Source: Lepidodermella squamata (Eukaryota > Animalia > Gastrotricha). From it: DNA of 64,000 bases. The translations under genes and the position numbers were made by a program. The stretch lies in NCBI GenBank assembly GCA_047495785.1, contig JBLDXI010000013.1, forward strand, positions 3,534,001 through 3,598,000. The letters run 5' to 3'. Below the pieces are notes generated by a model that was given only the letters and a program-made list of their open reading frames with translations, searched no databases and was not told the DNA's origin. Within the stretch, counting starts at the first letter, position 1. Every line of letters begins with the position of its first letter. Positions 13,512 through 26,847 of the stretch are shown here, piece after piece.

Positions 13512-13956
13512 CCGTATTTACGTGAATAAAGGCCGCGGCGATTATTTTCCTAATTTTTCAGAAAAGGTAAAAAAAACGCGGCGATTAATCGAGTGCGGTC
13601 TTTATTCGCGTGCGGCCTTTATTTTCCTCTCTTAGCCAAAAAACGATTTTTTTTCAAATGTAACTTGTCTATTTCATTATTGTCACTCAATTTCGATTTC
13701 ATCTTCTTCGTTTGGATCGGTTTTGGCGTCATTTTTCGCATTTTCTTCGGCGTCGACAAACAATATTTCAAAATTGAAAAAATAATTAAACATGTTCACC
13801 TCTCGCGATGATGCTGTGCCGCGCGTGTTAGAGCTGCGCTGATTAATCGCGTGCGGCCTTTATTTCGATTGTTTTTTTTTTAAATAACACAATTTTGCGT
13901 CGATTATTCGCGCGCGGCCTTTATTCGGAGTGCGGCCTTTATTCAAGTAAATACGG
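13512..13956. mobile_element. Tc1/pogo-type MITE
   Basis: TIR CCGTATTTAC.TGAATAAAGGCCGC; TA TSD; internal GCGGCCTTTATT repeats. Confidence 0.9.
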
Positions 13957-14466
13957 TAATTTAATTTTGTTTCCCCATCAAAGAACTTCAAAGAAACTAG
14001 TTGAAATTTTTGCCAATTCTCAGTTATTATATTCATCACTGGGAACTCAGCACAAACTGAAAAGTATTTGAAAATTCGCAACACAATCAGTGGAAATAAA
14101 GATTCCCCTACGAGTAAAATTTATATCGGCTTGAGGGTTGTCTCGCGATATTTTATTTTAGTAATCGCAGTAAGGCAACTTTTGCGAGGCTCTGAAAAGC
14201 ATTATATGTATATTACAGACTGCACTTTCGCCAGCGGAGCTGCTCAACGTGGTTGAAATGCTCGCATTGCTTTGGAAATGGGCAAAGCTAGGATCTGTCA
14301 AACATCAAAGGTAAAAAAAGACGCGCATACGACGCCGCAGGCATCAGCTATCCATTTAAAATAAGTTGTCAATCAATCCTATAAAAATTGGGAAATGATC
14401 AGCAAAATGAAAGATTTTATTGGCAAATCGGCGATTTATCGCATCACAGGAAGGATAGCCTCATCC

Positions 14467-14688
14467 TCATCCGATTTTCGCTTTCTTGAATTTCAACTTT
14501 CCCGAATCGTCGGAATCATCTGAACCTTCGAGATTGTAAACACCATTGCGAACGATAGGCGTCTTGCTGATGAACATGCTCAAGACGGATTCTAGAATGC
14601 TATCGATGTTATAGCAAATCACAGTCAAAACAATGCCACCAGTCAAAAATAGAATTACAAGGCCAACGACAAGCCAGTATATGTCCAT
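14467..14688 (-). CDS. 73-aa single-pass membrane microprotein ending KKAKIG (paralog of 11824-12081)
   Basis: MDIYWLVVGLVILFLTGGIVLTVICY hydrophobic helix; homologous 5' and 3' flanks; identical C-terminal hexapeptide. Confidence 0.65.
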   Translation of the reverse strand: MDIYWLVVGLVILFLTGGIVLTVICYNIDSILESVLSMFISKTPIVRNGVYNLEGSDDSDDSGKLKFKKAKIG

Positions 14689-14950
14689 TCTCAATAAATG
14701 CCTAAAAATCTACATATTTTCAATAGGGTGCGTTTTACTGAGTTTTCGAGTGCCGATCAATTTCGACGAAAAAATAGGGTACAGAGGTCCAACCTCCAGC
14801 TCGGCGCTCATCGAATTGGAATTTTCGGCCGGTGATTGGATGTGGGTAGAAAAAATCGAAAAGGAAACGTTTTCGCGCAGTATATTTATTTGCTATTTCG
14901 CGTTGCGCCTGTACACAGTGTTATGTTGTTATCATATTATATATTAAATA

Positions 14951-15739
14951 CAGTAGATCTGACACGCTGGTACATTTCCGTGTGCCAAGATATGAGTCAT
15001 TTTGAGTCGTCATGATTTATTGCTTTTAGGTCGCGCGAACCAAGAAATTTATGTGGCGTATATGTTGACGGGCGCAGGACTACCGCGAACACGCGATGAT
15101 GAGTCATACCCAGCGCGTTCGATTTATCATTGTTTTAGTGCAGAGGTTGGGCCTATGGGTCGCGCTCAATTTGAAAATATTCGTGTTTTGAGGCTCAGGC
15201 AAAAAATCGGCCCAGTCTTGCGTCCGTCCACATAATATGCGTCACATGAAGAAATCGCTTCGTAATCACCTCCGTGCATACTACAATAAGTGAGCAGTGA
15301 TCAACCGAAAAAGCGTGTCTATTTTGAAATTGAAAAATCTCGATTTTGCTGAAAAAATTCATAGAGACCGGCATTATGACAGGCTTCATTCAGCCGCCAA
15401 ATTTTAATTATTAATTTTAATTTAAAATTAACCGCAAATTATCCTAAAATTCGATAAAATTCGAAGTTAACTGAATTCGCTCCAGCTTATCTTGAAATAT
15501 GGCTAACCAATAAAATCATCGTCATAACATCTTGGCAACTAAGAAAAATAACTTAGCGACGCACTTATGATTCATTGCTGGCTCTCTCTCCATAAATGGA
15601 AGCGCGTCCTATGCAGATGATATGGGGCTGCACTGTATTCTATCGAGTGATTTATTCGGCCATGGCCACCAAAACAGTAAAAAATCATGACGAATCATCT
15701 TGGCACTCATAAATGCACCTCGGCACGTTAGATCTACTG
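14951..15739. mobile_element. MITE with CAGTAGATCT TIRs
   Basis: TA-CAGTAGATCT...AGATCTACTG-TA; no ORF. Confidence 0.8.
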
Positions 15740-15769
15740 TATTTCTTTATCTTTGTATTCTCATGGCTA

Positions 15770-15880
15770 CGTAAGGAATATCATGTCCTACCAAAGACGG
15801 GCACCGCTGGTTCCAACGTTATGCTCTATGCTGCGCCTTGAATACCACGAATTTCACGTCTGAGAGTAAAATATTGGAAA
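15770..15880 (+). pseudogene. Orphan last-exon/3' UTR fragment of a third PAN-FReD copy
   Basis: GGCACCGCTGGTTCCAACGTTATGCTCTATGCTGCGCCTTGAAT...AGTAAAATATTGGA matches about 11158-11234. Confidence 0.7.
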
Positions 15881-16008
15881 ATGGCATCTTGAAAATATGT
15901 AAATGTCACATTGAAAGTGTGCAGTCGTGAAATGTCGACAATTTATAACAAAAATCGCCGTTTAATGTGTACAATTTGGCGGATCCGTACAACGTCATGT
16001 TGACCACA

Positions 16009-16181
16009 AGGGGTAATTCGCATCGAGGAATCCGAATCCGAATCGAATTTTTTCATCTGAAATATTGATCGGAAAATAATCGGTAGAAAATCGATTAAGA
16101 AAATCGATTATTTTCCAACCATTGGACAACGCTATCAAACTATTGATATCGGATTCGGCTTCCTCGATACGAATTACCCCT
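16009..16181. repeat. Short inverted-repeat element (MITE remnant)
   Basis: AGGGGTAATTCG.ATCGAGGAA...TTCCTCGAT.CGAATTACCCCT; AAATGTCACATTGAAA repeated nearby on both sides. Confidence 0.55.
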
Positions 16182-16840
16182 AAATGTCACATTGAAAATT
16201 AATGTCACAATTTAAAACAAAAATCGCCATACGGAAGGCATGAAGGGTATATGGGTTTATAATCGCCTGAAGGCTTATATTTCGGCCTGAGGCGCAGCTT
16301 AAGCAACTTTTCAAAAGTCATTTGAAAGTGTTGGCAAATTTGGCACCATTGGAAAGCCCAAGAGGCGAGCTATTTATTAGCGAAAATTGCCAATTTATAT
16401 CATTTGATATAATCAGGGTCAAAGTTCAAAGTGTCCAAATTTTGGGCCCGTTACCGTATCTCTGATCTGAGTTTCAACGTAAAATAGGTGAAAAAGCGGC
16501 GTGTTTTCTTCAAAACTGCAAGCCGGATTTTTAAACTCAACAAATGGCTGTGTTGTGCAGAGATTTTTATTTGATATTTGAGAACAAATTGAAAAAACGA
16601 AACCATTGTTAATCTAGATCAAAGGTCCACCATGAAAAGATCACTAAATTCTCATAATTGAACATGCGGCATCGATTTCAAAAGGGTCAAGAGATTAACG
16701 AGTGTGCATATTATATGCGCGGTTCGATTACTAGAAATCAAAAGAAATCGCGTTGAAATAATTGTTAAATAATTGTTTGCTTCAGCATCAAAAAACAAAT
16801 ATTGTGTTTGTTTGCGTGCTTTTGTAGCAACCTTCAGCCT

Positions 16841-19800
16841 TCAAGCAAACTGATACAACAGCCTGCCAACGGAAAGTCTCGCCTTTTCAGACAATTGTTG
16901 GAAAATTCCGGTTGCCACCACGTTTCGGGCAGCTTCTTTTCCATTTGTTTTCATTTCGGCAGCCATCGCGAGCAAATTATCCAAAAGATGTATGCGTATC
17001 TTCCATCCATCTTGCATTTCACGCCGTTCCTTTGCTTTCATTTCCTGGAAATGAACGTAATTTTTATAGAAGCAAAAGAAAAACCAAGTGGAATGACTCA
17101 CCTCGACAAATGATTCCATATCGACGTTGGGCAATGCTGATAGTTTAGCCAATTCATCACAATCGTGTACAAGATCTTGCAGTAAGCTAACGATCTTGGC
17201 TAGCTCGGTAGAAATTTTGCTGGAAAGTTGTTCTGCAAAGGACTTGGCCTCATTGTATGCCTTGTCGGCAGCTTTGTACTTTTCTTTGACTTCTGCGAGC
17301 GTAGTTACTTCTTCCCTTGCACGAGTGTCCCACGCCCAATCTTGGAGGCTGTGATTTTTCTTAGAACAATCGCACTGACCGGGGCAATTGTCGCAAGTAT
17401 TTCGCTCGAGCCAATGAAATTTAAATGCTGCGCATGCTCCGGTGCGAATTCCTGAAAACCAACAATCGCATGGATCGTGGCACGCAAACTTACACTGCAT
17501 GCAATTCATAGCTTGCTGTCCATTGGGAAGCATCCGCTGAAATGAGAATATAGATAGATAATTATGATTATCAAACATAAGGGTGTATAGTGTTTCATCA
17601 GCTCCAAAATCGCTACTTGGCCGGCAAATGGCTCTTGGATGTATTGAAATGTATTGCTCCCAACTCCCAACTCAACACTTACCAGCTTAACGGCAGCTTT
17701 ATTTGGTATACAACTCTCTATCTAAAACCGACTAGGTGGAGAGATCCAGATTGCTGATTTTAGGGCTTTCGAGTGTTCCATTCCAAAAATCAGAAGTCAA
17801 TAATGGAATCGAATTCGGGAAAACAAAATCGATATCCTAATTCTACAGAAGGCAAAGAATTCTTTCAGATATTTTTCCAGAATTTTAGGAAGTAAACCGT
17901 AGGTAGGACATCAGGAGGGAAAAACGTTATAAGACTTGTAACTACAGCGTGTCCAATAAATAACGCAAATAAAGGAAATACACGGAAAAGGGATCGGAAA
18001 CACTAAAATGAGAGGGGAATAAGTCATATCTCAAGAAAAATCTAAAATGCCATAAGATTATAAATTAAGAATAGTAATCAAGTACCGTAATCCGGTACAA
18101 CTTTGAACACCTACGTCCATGCAAACTTCAATAAGCTGTGTAAATTCAACGGATGCGATTTTGGTTGGGGTTTCAACGTAGTTCGATAGGGGCCGCCTTG
18201 TGTAACATCCTGATATTTTTTATTCTCGGAAATTCGCAAGCGTAAGGATTTGGCAAGGGGTACCCCCAAAGTACAACTTTGAACAGCGGAGTACAACTTT
18301 GAACACCAAGATTTTGTGTAATAAAAAATCCACCTTTATTCGTGCGAAGAGAATTTCGCGTGAAAATTGCGATTTTCAACTCGCTGGTTTGCTCATAGAG
18401 AACGGAGTGCGTGAAAATTGAAAAATAATAAGCTATCAACATTTTTATGGTGGACTTTTTACTCGGTATTTGAAATTAATTCGTTGCCATTACGAGATAA
18501 GAAGTCTTTTTTCTGATCACTACGTTCTCTATGTAGCATAATTGAGTTCAGTAAATGCGAGCGAAGTCTATAAAAAAGTTGAAACATTCTCCTCGAAGTG
18601 AAAATAATAAATTTCTATCGTGTTCAAAGTTGTACTGGTGTTCAAAGTTGTACTTTCGAGTGTTCAAAGTTGTACCGGGTACCCTTGCAACTTTGAGCAC
18701 ATGCCACGCGAAAACCACTCTACAGAAGGGCGTGCCTTTTCGGCTACTTCTTCAGAAAAGTATAAGCTTGAATTCACCAAGTTGGAGCGCGCTGATATCT
18801 GCTACGGTTATCGCAGGACAGCACTTCAAAGTAAACCAAAAACGTTAATTTTTCGGGAATTTTTAAGGAAGAGACCGTGGGGGCTGTGTTGATGAAACTT
18901 GGCAAAATGTTAGATCTCAACGAGACCTATATTCAGTAAAATTCCCAAGCGGTAGATCCCCATGGTTTCAGAGAAAAGCTGATTTGCGTGAAATGTTCAA
19001 ACTTGTACCTGTTCAAAGTTGTACCGGATTACGGTATGTCTCTTGTGAATTGGATTGAAAAAATCAGAAGAAATTTGATCCAACCATAGGTGAAAACAGA
19101 AAGTTACCAAAACAGCTACTATCGGGATTTTCTCCGGTAAATTTTTATTTCCTTTGGTAAAATCGTGGATAATGAGTGGAAGCTTCTCCCATTGGGTTTA
19201 ATTTAAAACTTGAATCAACATAAATTACTAAATTTTTTCCAAAATGAGCTACTTATGGGACACACTGTACTGTCAAAATTGTAACCCAACCCGGTATCTT
19301 TTCTGAAGCCCATTAAATTTTGCAGTTTTTAATGAAAATTGAACTGATTTTTTTTAATTGCGCCCATTGAGAGAATCTTCCATCGAATCCACGATTTTAC
19401 CGAAGAAATTAAACACTTACCAGAGGAACGCTGAAAGCTCTGATGGTAACTAAAAACCGAAAATTACCTGAAGTCGGAAATTTTCCCATTGCTAAAAACT
19501 TGGGACTAATAGTAGATGGACTCGACACTCCTTAAAATTATTCGGATTGCAAAAAATTACGCTAACAAAGTGATTTTTTTGCTCGCGAAAAAAATGAATG
19601 AAGTTTTGTTATTTTTTTAGCACAAAGCAGCCATCGCCCATTATGAGGCAAAAAATAGCTGTTCTAATTACATTTTACCTCAATTACTCTCGAAATAATT
19701 AGAATTGTGAGTTGTAAATTAGATATTCAGAATCCACATGTAATGACGATTGTAGTGATATTAATATTTGAACCTTCACCGTTTATTGTCGCTTTATTTT

Positions 19801-22599
19801 TCGTCGGTATAACAATTTAATGGATTTTTCCGGCGAGAAATATTTCACATGAGTATAGGTATATTCTTCGGCTTTTTTGCACTATTAAGAGGGATGATAA
19901 TTGTGGTCGGCAAATCAACAACCTAATATTCTACCTACCCTACCCTTCTGGCCCTTCGCGTAGTGACAAAACTGGGCAGTACCTATTGCAATTAACCCAT
20001 CTACCCTTGTGTATATTGTTAATACCTAACATGCCTTTTCCCGCGAATTTCTTTCGCATTTTGGCATTTTTCAGTGCCAATAGGGATATTTCAACCTAAC
20101 GATTGATCGGTAAATACCAAATTTAATTTAGTTTTTGAATTGAAAATTAAAAATAATATGGCAAAATTTCCCCTTTTGGATTTTCAAAAATCTTAAATTT
20201 TCAAGGAATAATTTGGAAACTGAATAAAAAAATAAAACATGGCTGGTAAAATTAACCTATACATCACTCAACAAGAAGAAATCCTAGTTACATGGCAAAA
20301 ATTAAATAAAAATATTGAATACGGCGTGAAGCCTAATACTGTATAGCTAAGTATAGCTGATGAATCATACACCGGTGAATTATTTCATAAAGCCATTACA
20401 AACACAGAGAAGCTGGATTTTAATCATATTTTTATATGACTACATTTTATATGTTATTAAACGAGCTTCCTAAATATGCTAAAAATATTTCTGCAAACCT
20501 CATAGATTTCGTGAAACTGAGGAGCAAAGTACTAGTGTGCCTGAAATCACCGCGCGTAATGGCGAGATGCTGCTTTTTTATTTGAAATTATTGTTAATCG
20601 GCCATTTTTTGCTGTCACCGCGAAATCACGCGATCAAAAAGCAGTTTTTTGCAATCCGAATAATTTTGCATGGAGAAGATAGGGAGTTTCGAGTCCATCT
20701 ACTATTAGTCCCAAGGCTAAAAATGGGTCAAACTTTGATTTTCAGATAATTCTAAGAATTTCGGGCAAAGTATGATTCCAAAGTGAATACAAAGTTTTGC
20801 ACGGAATTTTACACTGAGTTTGAAATTAATTATTTCAGAACTACTTTGGTCAATAACAACGGTTCTATGTCAATTGAGCAAACGAAAATTGAGCAACGAA
20901 AATAGAGCAAGGGCTTTTGAGCAACGATATTAGAGCAAACGAAATTAGAGCAAAACGACTTTTCAGCAAAACGAGATTAGAGCAAAACGACACGAGAGCA
21001 AATTGTATTTAAAATAAACAACAGCTGCAATTAATTATTAAATTTGCTCACGTGTCGTTTTGCTCTAATCTCGTTTTGCTCAAAAGTCGTTTTGCTCTAA
21101 TTTCGTTTGCTCAGAAGTCGTTTTGCTCTAATTTCGTTTGCTCTAATATCGTTGCTCAATTTTCGTTTGCTCAATTGACATAGAACCATAACAACATCTC
21201 CTGGAGTTAAAAAGTGTTTCAGGGCGAATAACTAATCACAAATATTTGGTTCCGGTAACAAATCTAACTAACAAAAGCAGAAATTAGCTGTCGAAACTAA
21301 TAGATAACCTCAAAAATAACAAAAATAACATACCCTGTACTTTTCATAATACGTTGTTCGAATGGTGAAATTCTTATGCGCCTCGGCCTCCTCTGCGTGA
21401 ACGTTTATTTGGTCAAAGATCTCCACAAGACGCTGAACTTCGTTCAAAATTTCCGTTAGTTTTTTCAATCCCGCGGTGATTTTAGATGCCAGCTTTTTGC
21501 GTAGTGCCAAAACCTCTCTGCTGTGCTGTAAGGAAACAGGATCGCGGGATGTTACATGGTTGAGGAAATTCTCCAAACTCTTCATCGTATCATCCCATTG
21601 GTATCGCAACATTAGCTTCGCTCGTTCAGTCAGCTCTCCCTCTGACTTTCTCGGGAAAATGGCATCGCCGTTTTCAAACCAAAAATGTTTCAGTGTTTCA
21701 GAATGTCCCGGGTCACTTGTTTTGATCGCAGATTGAAAAATGGCCAAAGCCTCCGGTCGCACACCAAATGGCGAAGTGGCAAACGTGAATATCGGAACAA
21801 GGTTACCCGGCTTCATGTCCGCCGCAGTTGCTTTATCTGGAATGCGCCCATGAATCATGTCGGAAGCGAACATTTCAAACACGCATTTCAGCTGTCGCAT
21901 CAAATGTTCCGCGCGTCGAGTTTCAGAGTTTCTGAATACAACGCACAGAGCTTCTAGTTGATCGATACCACCTTCGCCTTCTGCTCAGAAATAAAATATA
22001 AATAAAATTAGTGAAACGCAAAATCCTATTGTCAGCTCACCGTTCATCTTGAATAGTTTGGAGAACAACTCCTTCGTACCTTCGTCGAATGCCTCGCCGT
22101 CTGTGTCGCCAAATCCAGGTGTGTCGATGATAATGAACCGATAGTTTAATCGCGATTCGTGGATGATATACACAAGAATCGATTTTGTTTGACTTTCAAT
22201 GTTGGCTCGCCTTTCCTCGTCACTCGTTAAAATGAATCGAAATTTGTCATCAAACTCTACGCCAAATAGATTATTAAGAGTGGTGTCGATGAATGTTGAT
22301 TTGCCATGGCCAGCCGGACCGGCAATAAGGATTGCTTTTTGGGATTGATTCAGCTTTTTGACGCCGAATTCGTACGGTTTGATCCAACGTGTAGCCCCAT
22401 TTTGCATAACGGCTTTTATTTTGCGCCCTTCGCTAAATGGAGGGATATACAGCTCGACGGCGCTGTTATCGGCTTTAGAGCCGGTTAGCTTTGTTGATTT
22501 TCGTTTCACAACTTCAGCAAACCGCTCTACATGAGTCGCATGAGTCGGAGAGTATGGAGGTGGCGGTGGGCCGTTGACTTCCACAGCGGCATTGGCCAT
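16841..22599 (-). CDS. Septin/AIG1-like P-loop GTPase with Cys-rich segment and coiled coil, about 614 aa (exons 22599-22041, 21980-21334, 17536-17102, 17044-16841)
   Basis: G1 GPAGHGKS, SQT, G3 IIDTPGFGD; CMQC..CHDPC..CDNCPGQC; exon phases close in frame. Confidence 0.85.
17945..19267. mobile_element. Tc1/mariner-type MITE (CAGYGTGTCC TIR) hosting a nested MITE
   Basis: TA-CAGCGTGTCCAATAA...TTATGGGACACACTG-TA; related TIR at 50527-50892. Confidence 0.7.
18085..19034. mobile_element. Tc1/pogo-type MITE nested in 17945-19267
   Basis: Perfect 25-bp TIR CCGTAATCCGGTACAACTTTGAACA; TA TSD; several internal GTACAACTTTGAACA copies in both orientations. Confidence 0.92.
20861..21187. mobile_element. 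Foldback-like palindromic element with modular arms
   Basis: GGTTCTATGTCAATTGAGC...GCTCAATTGACATAGAACC; arms built of GAGCAA(A)ACGA units; 8-bp TSD ATAACAAC. Confidence 0.9.
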
Positions 22600-22808
22600 A
22601 TTCGTGCTTGGAAAATCGTTTTATTATCAATTAAAGCGTCTAAAGAATGAATTACTTTAATAATAAATATTGTTTTATGTCAAGTAGAATTAATCTTGAG
22701 ACCGGTAAAATCCCGGTAAACCACGTTTTCTACCGGTAGGTTGCCGGTGGGTGACATGAGCTGCGGCTGGGTCGCCGGTCCGGTTGGGTCGAGTTTTTCG
22801 CCCTAAGG

Positions 22809-23430
22809 CAGCGGTTCTCATGAGGGGGTTTGCGACCCTAAATTGGGTAGTGTGAGTGGTAGTTGGAAAAGTGAAGCAATTTACCTCTTAGAAATTTTTC
22901 CAGGTTTACAGGATGTAATTTTTCAAATTTTTCACGCTCTTAAACATTTTAACAGGCTCATTCTGAATTTTAACGTCAATTTTCTCTCTTTCCAAGCCAG
23001 TGAGCGACTTTCAGGGGAATCCCAAAGCTCGGTCAGACGGTTGAAGAAATTGAAACTTTAGCCCACTGTTCAATTTTAACAAGTTATAGAGGGTGTTTTA
23101 GTAGGGAATCTTCAAAATGTCCTCGCTTCGCTCGTTTTCTTTGGTGGATATGGCTAGTCACTTTGGGGAAAACAGCAAAAAAAGTCTCATCCCTGACATA
23201 TCCAGGATCTAAGATCGCTTACTGTTCCGTATCCAAAAATTTGAGTTTAAATTAGAGATGTTTATTACTAGTTCCTGTTAAAGATGCCTAACGAGTAATT
23301 TATTCGAATAAAAAAGAAGAAAATAAAAAAAATGCAACCCCCAAAATTGAACATTTCAAACGCCAGGGTCGCCAAATTTTCTTGAAAACCCCTTTCAGGG
23401 TAGGGAAGTGCCCAATCGTGAGAACCGCTG
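22809..23430. mobile_element. hAT(Charlie)-like MITE
   Basis: TIR CAGCGGTTCTCA...TGAGAACCGCTG; imperfect 8-bp flanks CCCTAAGG / ACCTAAGA. Confidence 0.75.
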
Positions 23431-24175
23431 ACCTAAGAGAAGGTTTAAATTGGAAGAGACCTATTGCCAATTGAAAAGTTAAAGATTGAAAAACCCTAGC
23501 CCAAACTTTGTTGGATTAAGAGTGTCTTAGTATTTTTCAATCTTTATATTTTCAACTTTTCTTTAACTAGGTTTGGGAAGGCCCGCCTAACTCGCCTAAA
23601 ACTAATAATTTTTAGGATTGTCAAAATTGGGAAAAAAATTGAAGAAACGCAGCTAGCGATCGCACTAGGGCCATCATTTTAGCAAACTTTTGGAATTTAG
23701 CCGTCGCTAGCGAAAAGTGAATCTACCTGACTTCTGGCCGTCGCAGTCGTTCGAACTTATATAGCGGGCGAAACGGCGATATAAACCGAATGATAAAAGA
23801 TATCAGGTCTTATGAAACGTTCATGAAACGTTACATTTATTATCTTTATTTATACTTGAATTTTAAATGCAATATGTGTTTACTCCATCGGCACTTCAGG
23901 TAACACAAAGCGACATGGGCGAACGAGAGCCGACAGTTTAAACAAGATAAAAGAAATGATAGCAAATAGCTCTAATCAACATGCGCAAGATCTAAATTAT
24001 CTTATTACGAACGTTGCGTCTTATCTATTACGAAATTTGCCGTATAATTTGCGTTGGCAAGATCAAACGAAACGTATCGCGACAGTGCGCCGGAAATAGA
24101 AACAACAGAGAAACGATGTAAGCGCAACGAGGGGGGAATACCATAGAACGACGAAAGAGCAATTATGAACTATGC

Positions 24176-25392
24176 AGGGTGGCCAAAAAAGCCGCGTTGG
24201 GCGAATTCGATGCACATCTATTTAACAAGGAGTTTAAGGAAATTGAAGAATTTAGAGCATTAAAATTTAATTTTAAGGGTCACATTTTATTCAACATCGA
24301 ATTCACTTTTATCAACATCAAATTACTTTTTCTATCATCAAACTCTTTTTTCAACAGCAAATTTCGATATGTTAATCTTTGCGATCCACACTCATTAAAG
24401 CCCTTGATGACGACCAGTCCGGAAAAATAGCAGAAAATTTGGTCGAAGAATCTAGTTTATTGTTGTCGAACCCGTTCATAAAATTATGGAAAATTGAGTT
24501 GGCTGTAATTTTGCAAAGTTACGGACAAATATTCGATTTTTGGCCAACAAAAATTGAATTTTGCAATATTTGTCCGAATAATTTTGCGATTCTCATTTTT
24601 GCGAAGACAACGATTCAAATGAGTGAAATCAGTCAGGGCCATTCAAGGTTAAGCCGCCGGAAAGTTTCGCGCCGTTGAGCTCCACTGAATAGCCGCATGC
24701 GCCCCCTGTCTTACGGCTGGGTGCTGGGTATTGCCAATGTCGATAGAGATTTTCAACTCGCACCCTGGGCATGTGTCATACCAACGAAGAGTACCGCATC
24801 GGTACCATTTGTTCGCCTAAAAATGTCAGGCATTTAAGGCGACGTTTCCCCCCGCAGCACGTGTCTTCTGCACGCGGAGAAAAAATCGCGCGCCAAAAAT
24901 CAATTGCTAATATCGTTAGCGTCGTTGAATAGCTCGGATTTAGGCTTGTTTACATACTTTTCAAGGTCACGGGTGACAAGTAAAAAGTCATTTGTTGTTG
25001 ACTCTTCATTCACGTTAAAAAACCGCTTTTTACTTGTCACCTGTCAACTTGAGAAGGATGTAAAAAATCCTAAATGCGAGTTATTCAACGACGCTAACGA
25101 TATGATCACCTTTGTTCGCTGGTCTGGCACGAGTCTGGACCCAAGGTCATACATAACACTTAAAATCCACAACTTCATCATGAAAGTATATTTTTCCCTA
25201 TCAAATTATAATTTCTGAAGTTTGCTGTCGAAGAAAGAGTTTGATGATAGAAAAAGTAATTTGATGTTGAAAAAAATTAAATTTGATGTTGAAAAAAATA
25301 TTTTCCATTAAATTGATTTAAACTACTTCAAATTGATTTACTTATTTTAATCATTAAATTGATGCGCATTCTGCGGCTTTTTTGGCCACCCT
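24176..25392. mobile_element. Non-autonomous element with long (about 190 bp) imperfect TIRs
   Basis: AGGGTGGCCAAAAAAGCCGC at both ends plus inverted TCAACATCAAATTACTTTTTCTATCATCAAACTCTT blocks; no clear TSD. Confidence 0.7.
24913..25100. mobile_element. Small hairpin MITE nested in 24176-25392 (one arm also at about 46691-46756)
   Basis: TA-TCGTTAGCGTCGTTGAATA...TATTCAACGACGCTAACGA-TA. Confidence 0.8.
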
Positions 25393-26847
25393 TTAGCGAA
25401 TAGAATGTTAAGGGTAAAAACTCGTGCATGAGTTCTGAGCCGAAAATTTTTCTTGAAAAATGAGATCAGCATTAAGCCGACGTTAATTTTCTCTTTAAAA
25501 AAATTAAATGCAAAAATGAGACGTGGCAAGCGATTTCGGGGCTATCTCAATCTTAAGCGGATGAGTGGTGTTTAAATTGAGTTTTTTGAGGGTTACCATG
25601 CTCGAAAGTGAAAATGCAATGCCTGGCACTGGCCGAAACTCAACGTAATCATACGAGCGAAGCGAGAAAATATTTCCGCCTATAAGAAACGCCCAAAAAC
25701 CAGAAAAATGCGACTGACTTCTGACCTTGACGCCAAAAAACGGCTTTAGAACACAGAATTTATGAACTATGAAATAGCCCAGGTCTGATGTCAAATTCCT
25801 GATTTCTCAGCTTTTAAGACTGTGCGACTTTCAATACCCCTCAATTCGGCCCGACCAGACAAGAAAATGAAAATTCAGCCTGCTGTTTCGACAATTTTGA
25901 GATTTTTTAGAGCGCGTTTTTTAGTAGAAAAATACAGCAAAAATGTGTCCATCCCTGGCAGCTCAGGATCCAAGATCACGCCCTGTTTCAAAGCACGATA
26001 TCAGCATTTGCAATTGTCCATTGGGATAAGTATCCGATTAGTTGAGGAGCTCTCGCTCCACAGCTCCCTTAATTAAACAGCGCCGCCGCACCTGAAGGAC
26101 ACCACGCGCTACTCAGACACGCATACCTCTTGCGCCCTTTAAAGCGCCAGGTGACAGATGCCGATGGCGGTTGAAGAAAGTTGCGAGAGTCGAGTGATCT
26201 CAAGGTTAATGAGTGGCTAACAAGGTGCTGAGCATCAGAGAACGATCAGGTTCAAAAATGAACTTTTTCACCAAAAATCACAAGAAGTTTTTTCGTCGCC
26301 AATTTCTCACATTTTATCCCAATTTAGTGAGGATTTTAGGAAAGTTTACAGCAGACTAGAGCTATCGATTGGTGAAAACCGCTCCAAAAATTCCTCATTT
26401 TTCAAATGTTTATCTCCCCTTTTCAGAGGTGAATGGTGCTTCATCTCGCAAAAATAAATTTACCACAGCCGATGAAGTCGACCGGCCTCGATTTTATCAT
26501 CGCCTTGAAGCATAGATACACCTAGGTATTTATATTAGTATTTATCTATGCCTTTTAGGTCAACTTTATCGGCCGATTTTTTTTCCGAAATTGAACGTTT
26601 TGACCTCAGAACCTCAGAAACACGTGTTGACCTAATTTTATGAATCACAGCAATAAAAGGGGCTGGCCAAACGTATGTCGCGGCTAATGATGAGCACTTA
26701 GAAACTAGCGCCTAAATTCTTTTCTAGTCAGCTTTAGTCGATAAAAATTTTAATCCATTCTCTCTCCTCTCTCTCAATCGCCTGCATTTTTTGACGATTT
26801 ATTAGGAGTATCTCTTACCGTCCGAAATATCGGTATATCCCGCAGAC

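Noticed and set aside
18111-18892. Short ORFs inside MITEs (also 13593-13811, 24179-25529, 50470-50844)
   Set aside because: No transposase or other motifs; they lie in TIR-bounded non-coding elements.
20861-21187. CRISPR-like array
   Set aside because: No unique spacers, arms are inverted, TSD present, eukaryotic context with no cas genes.
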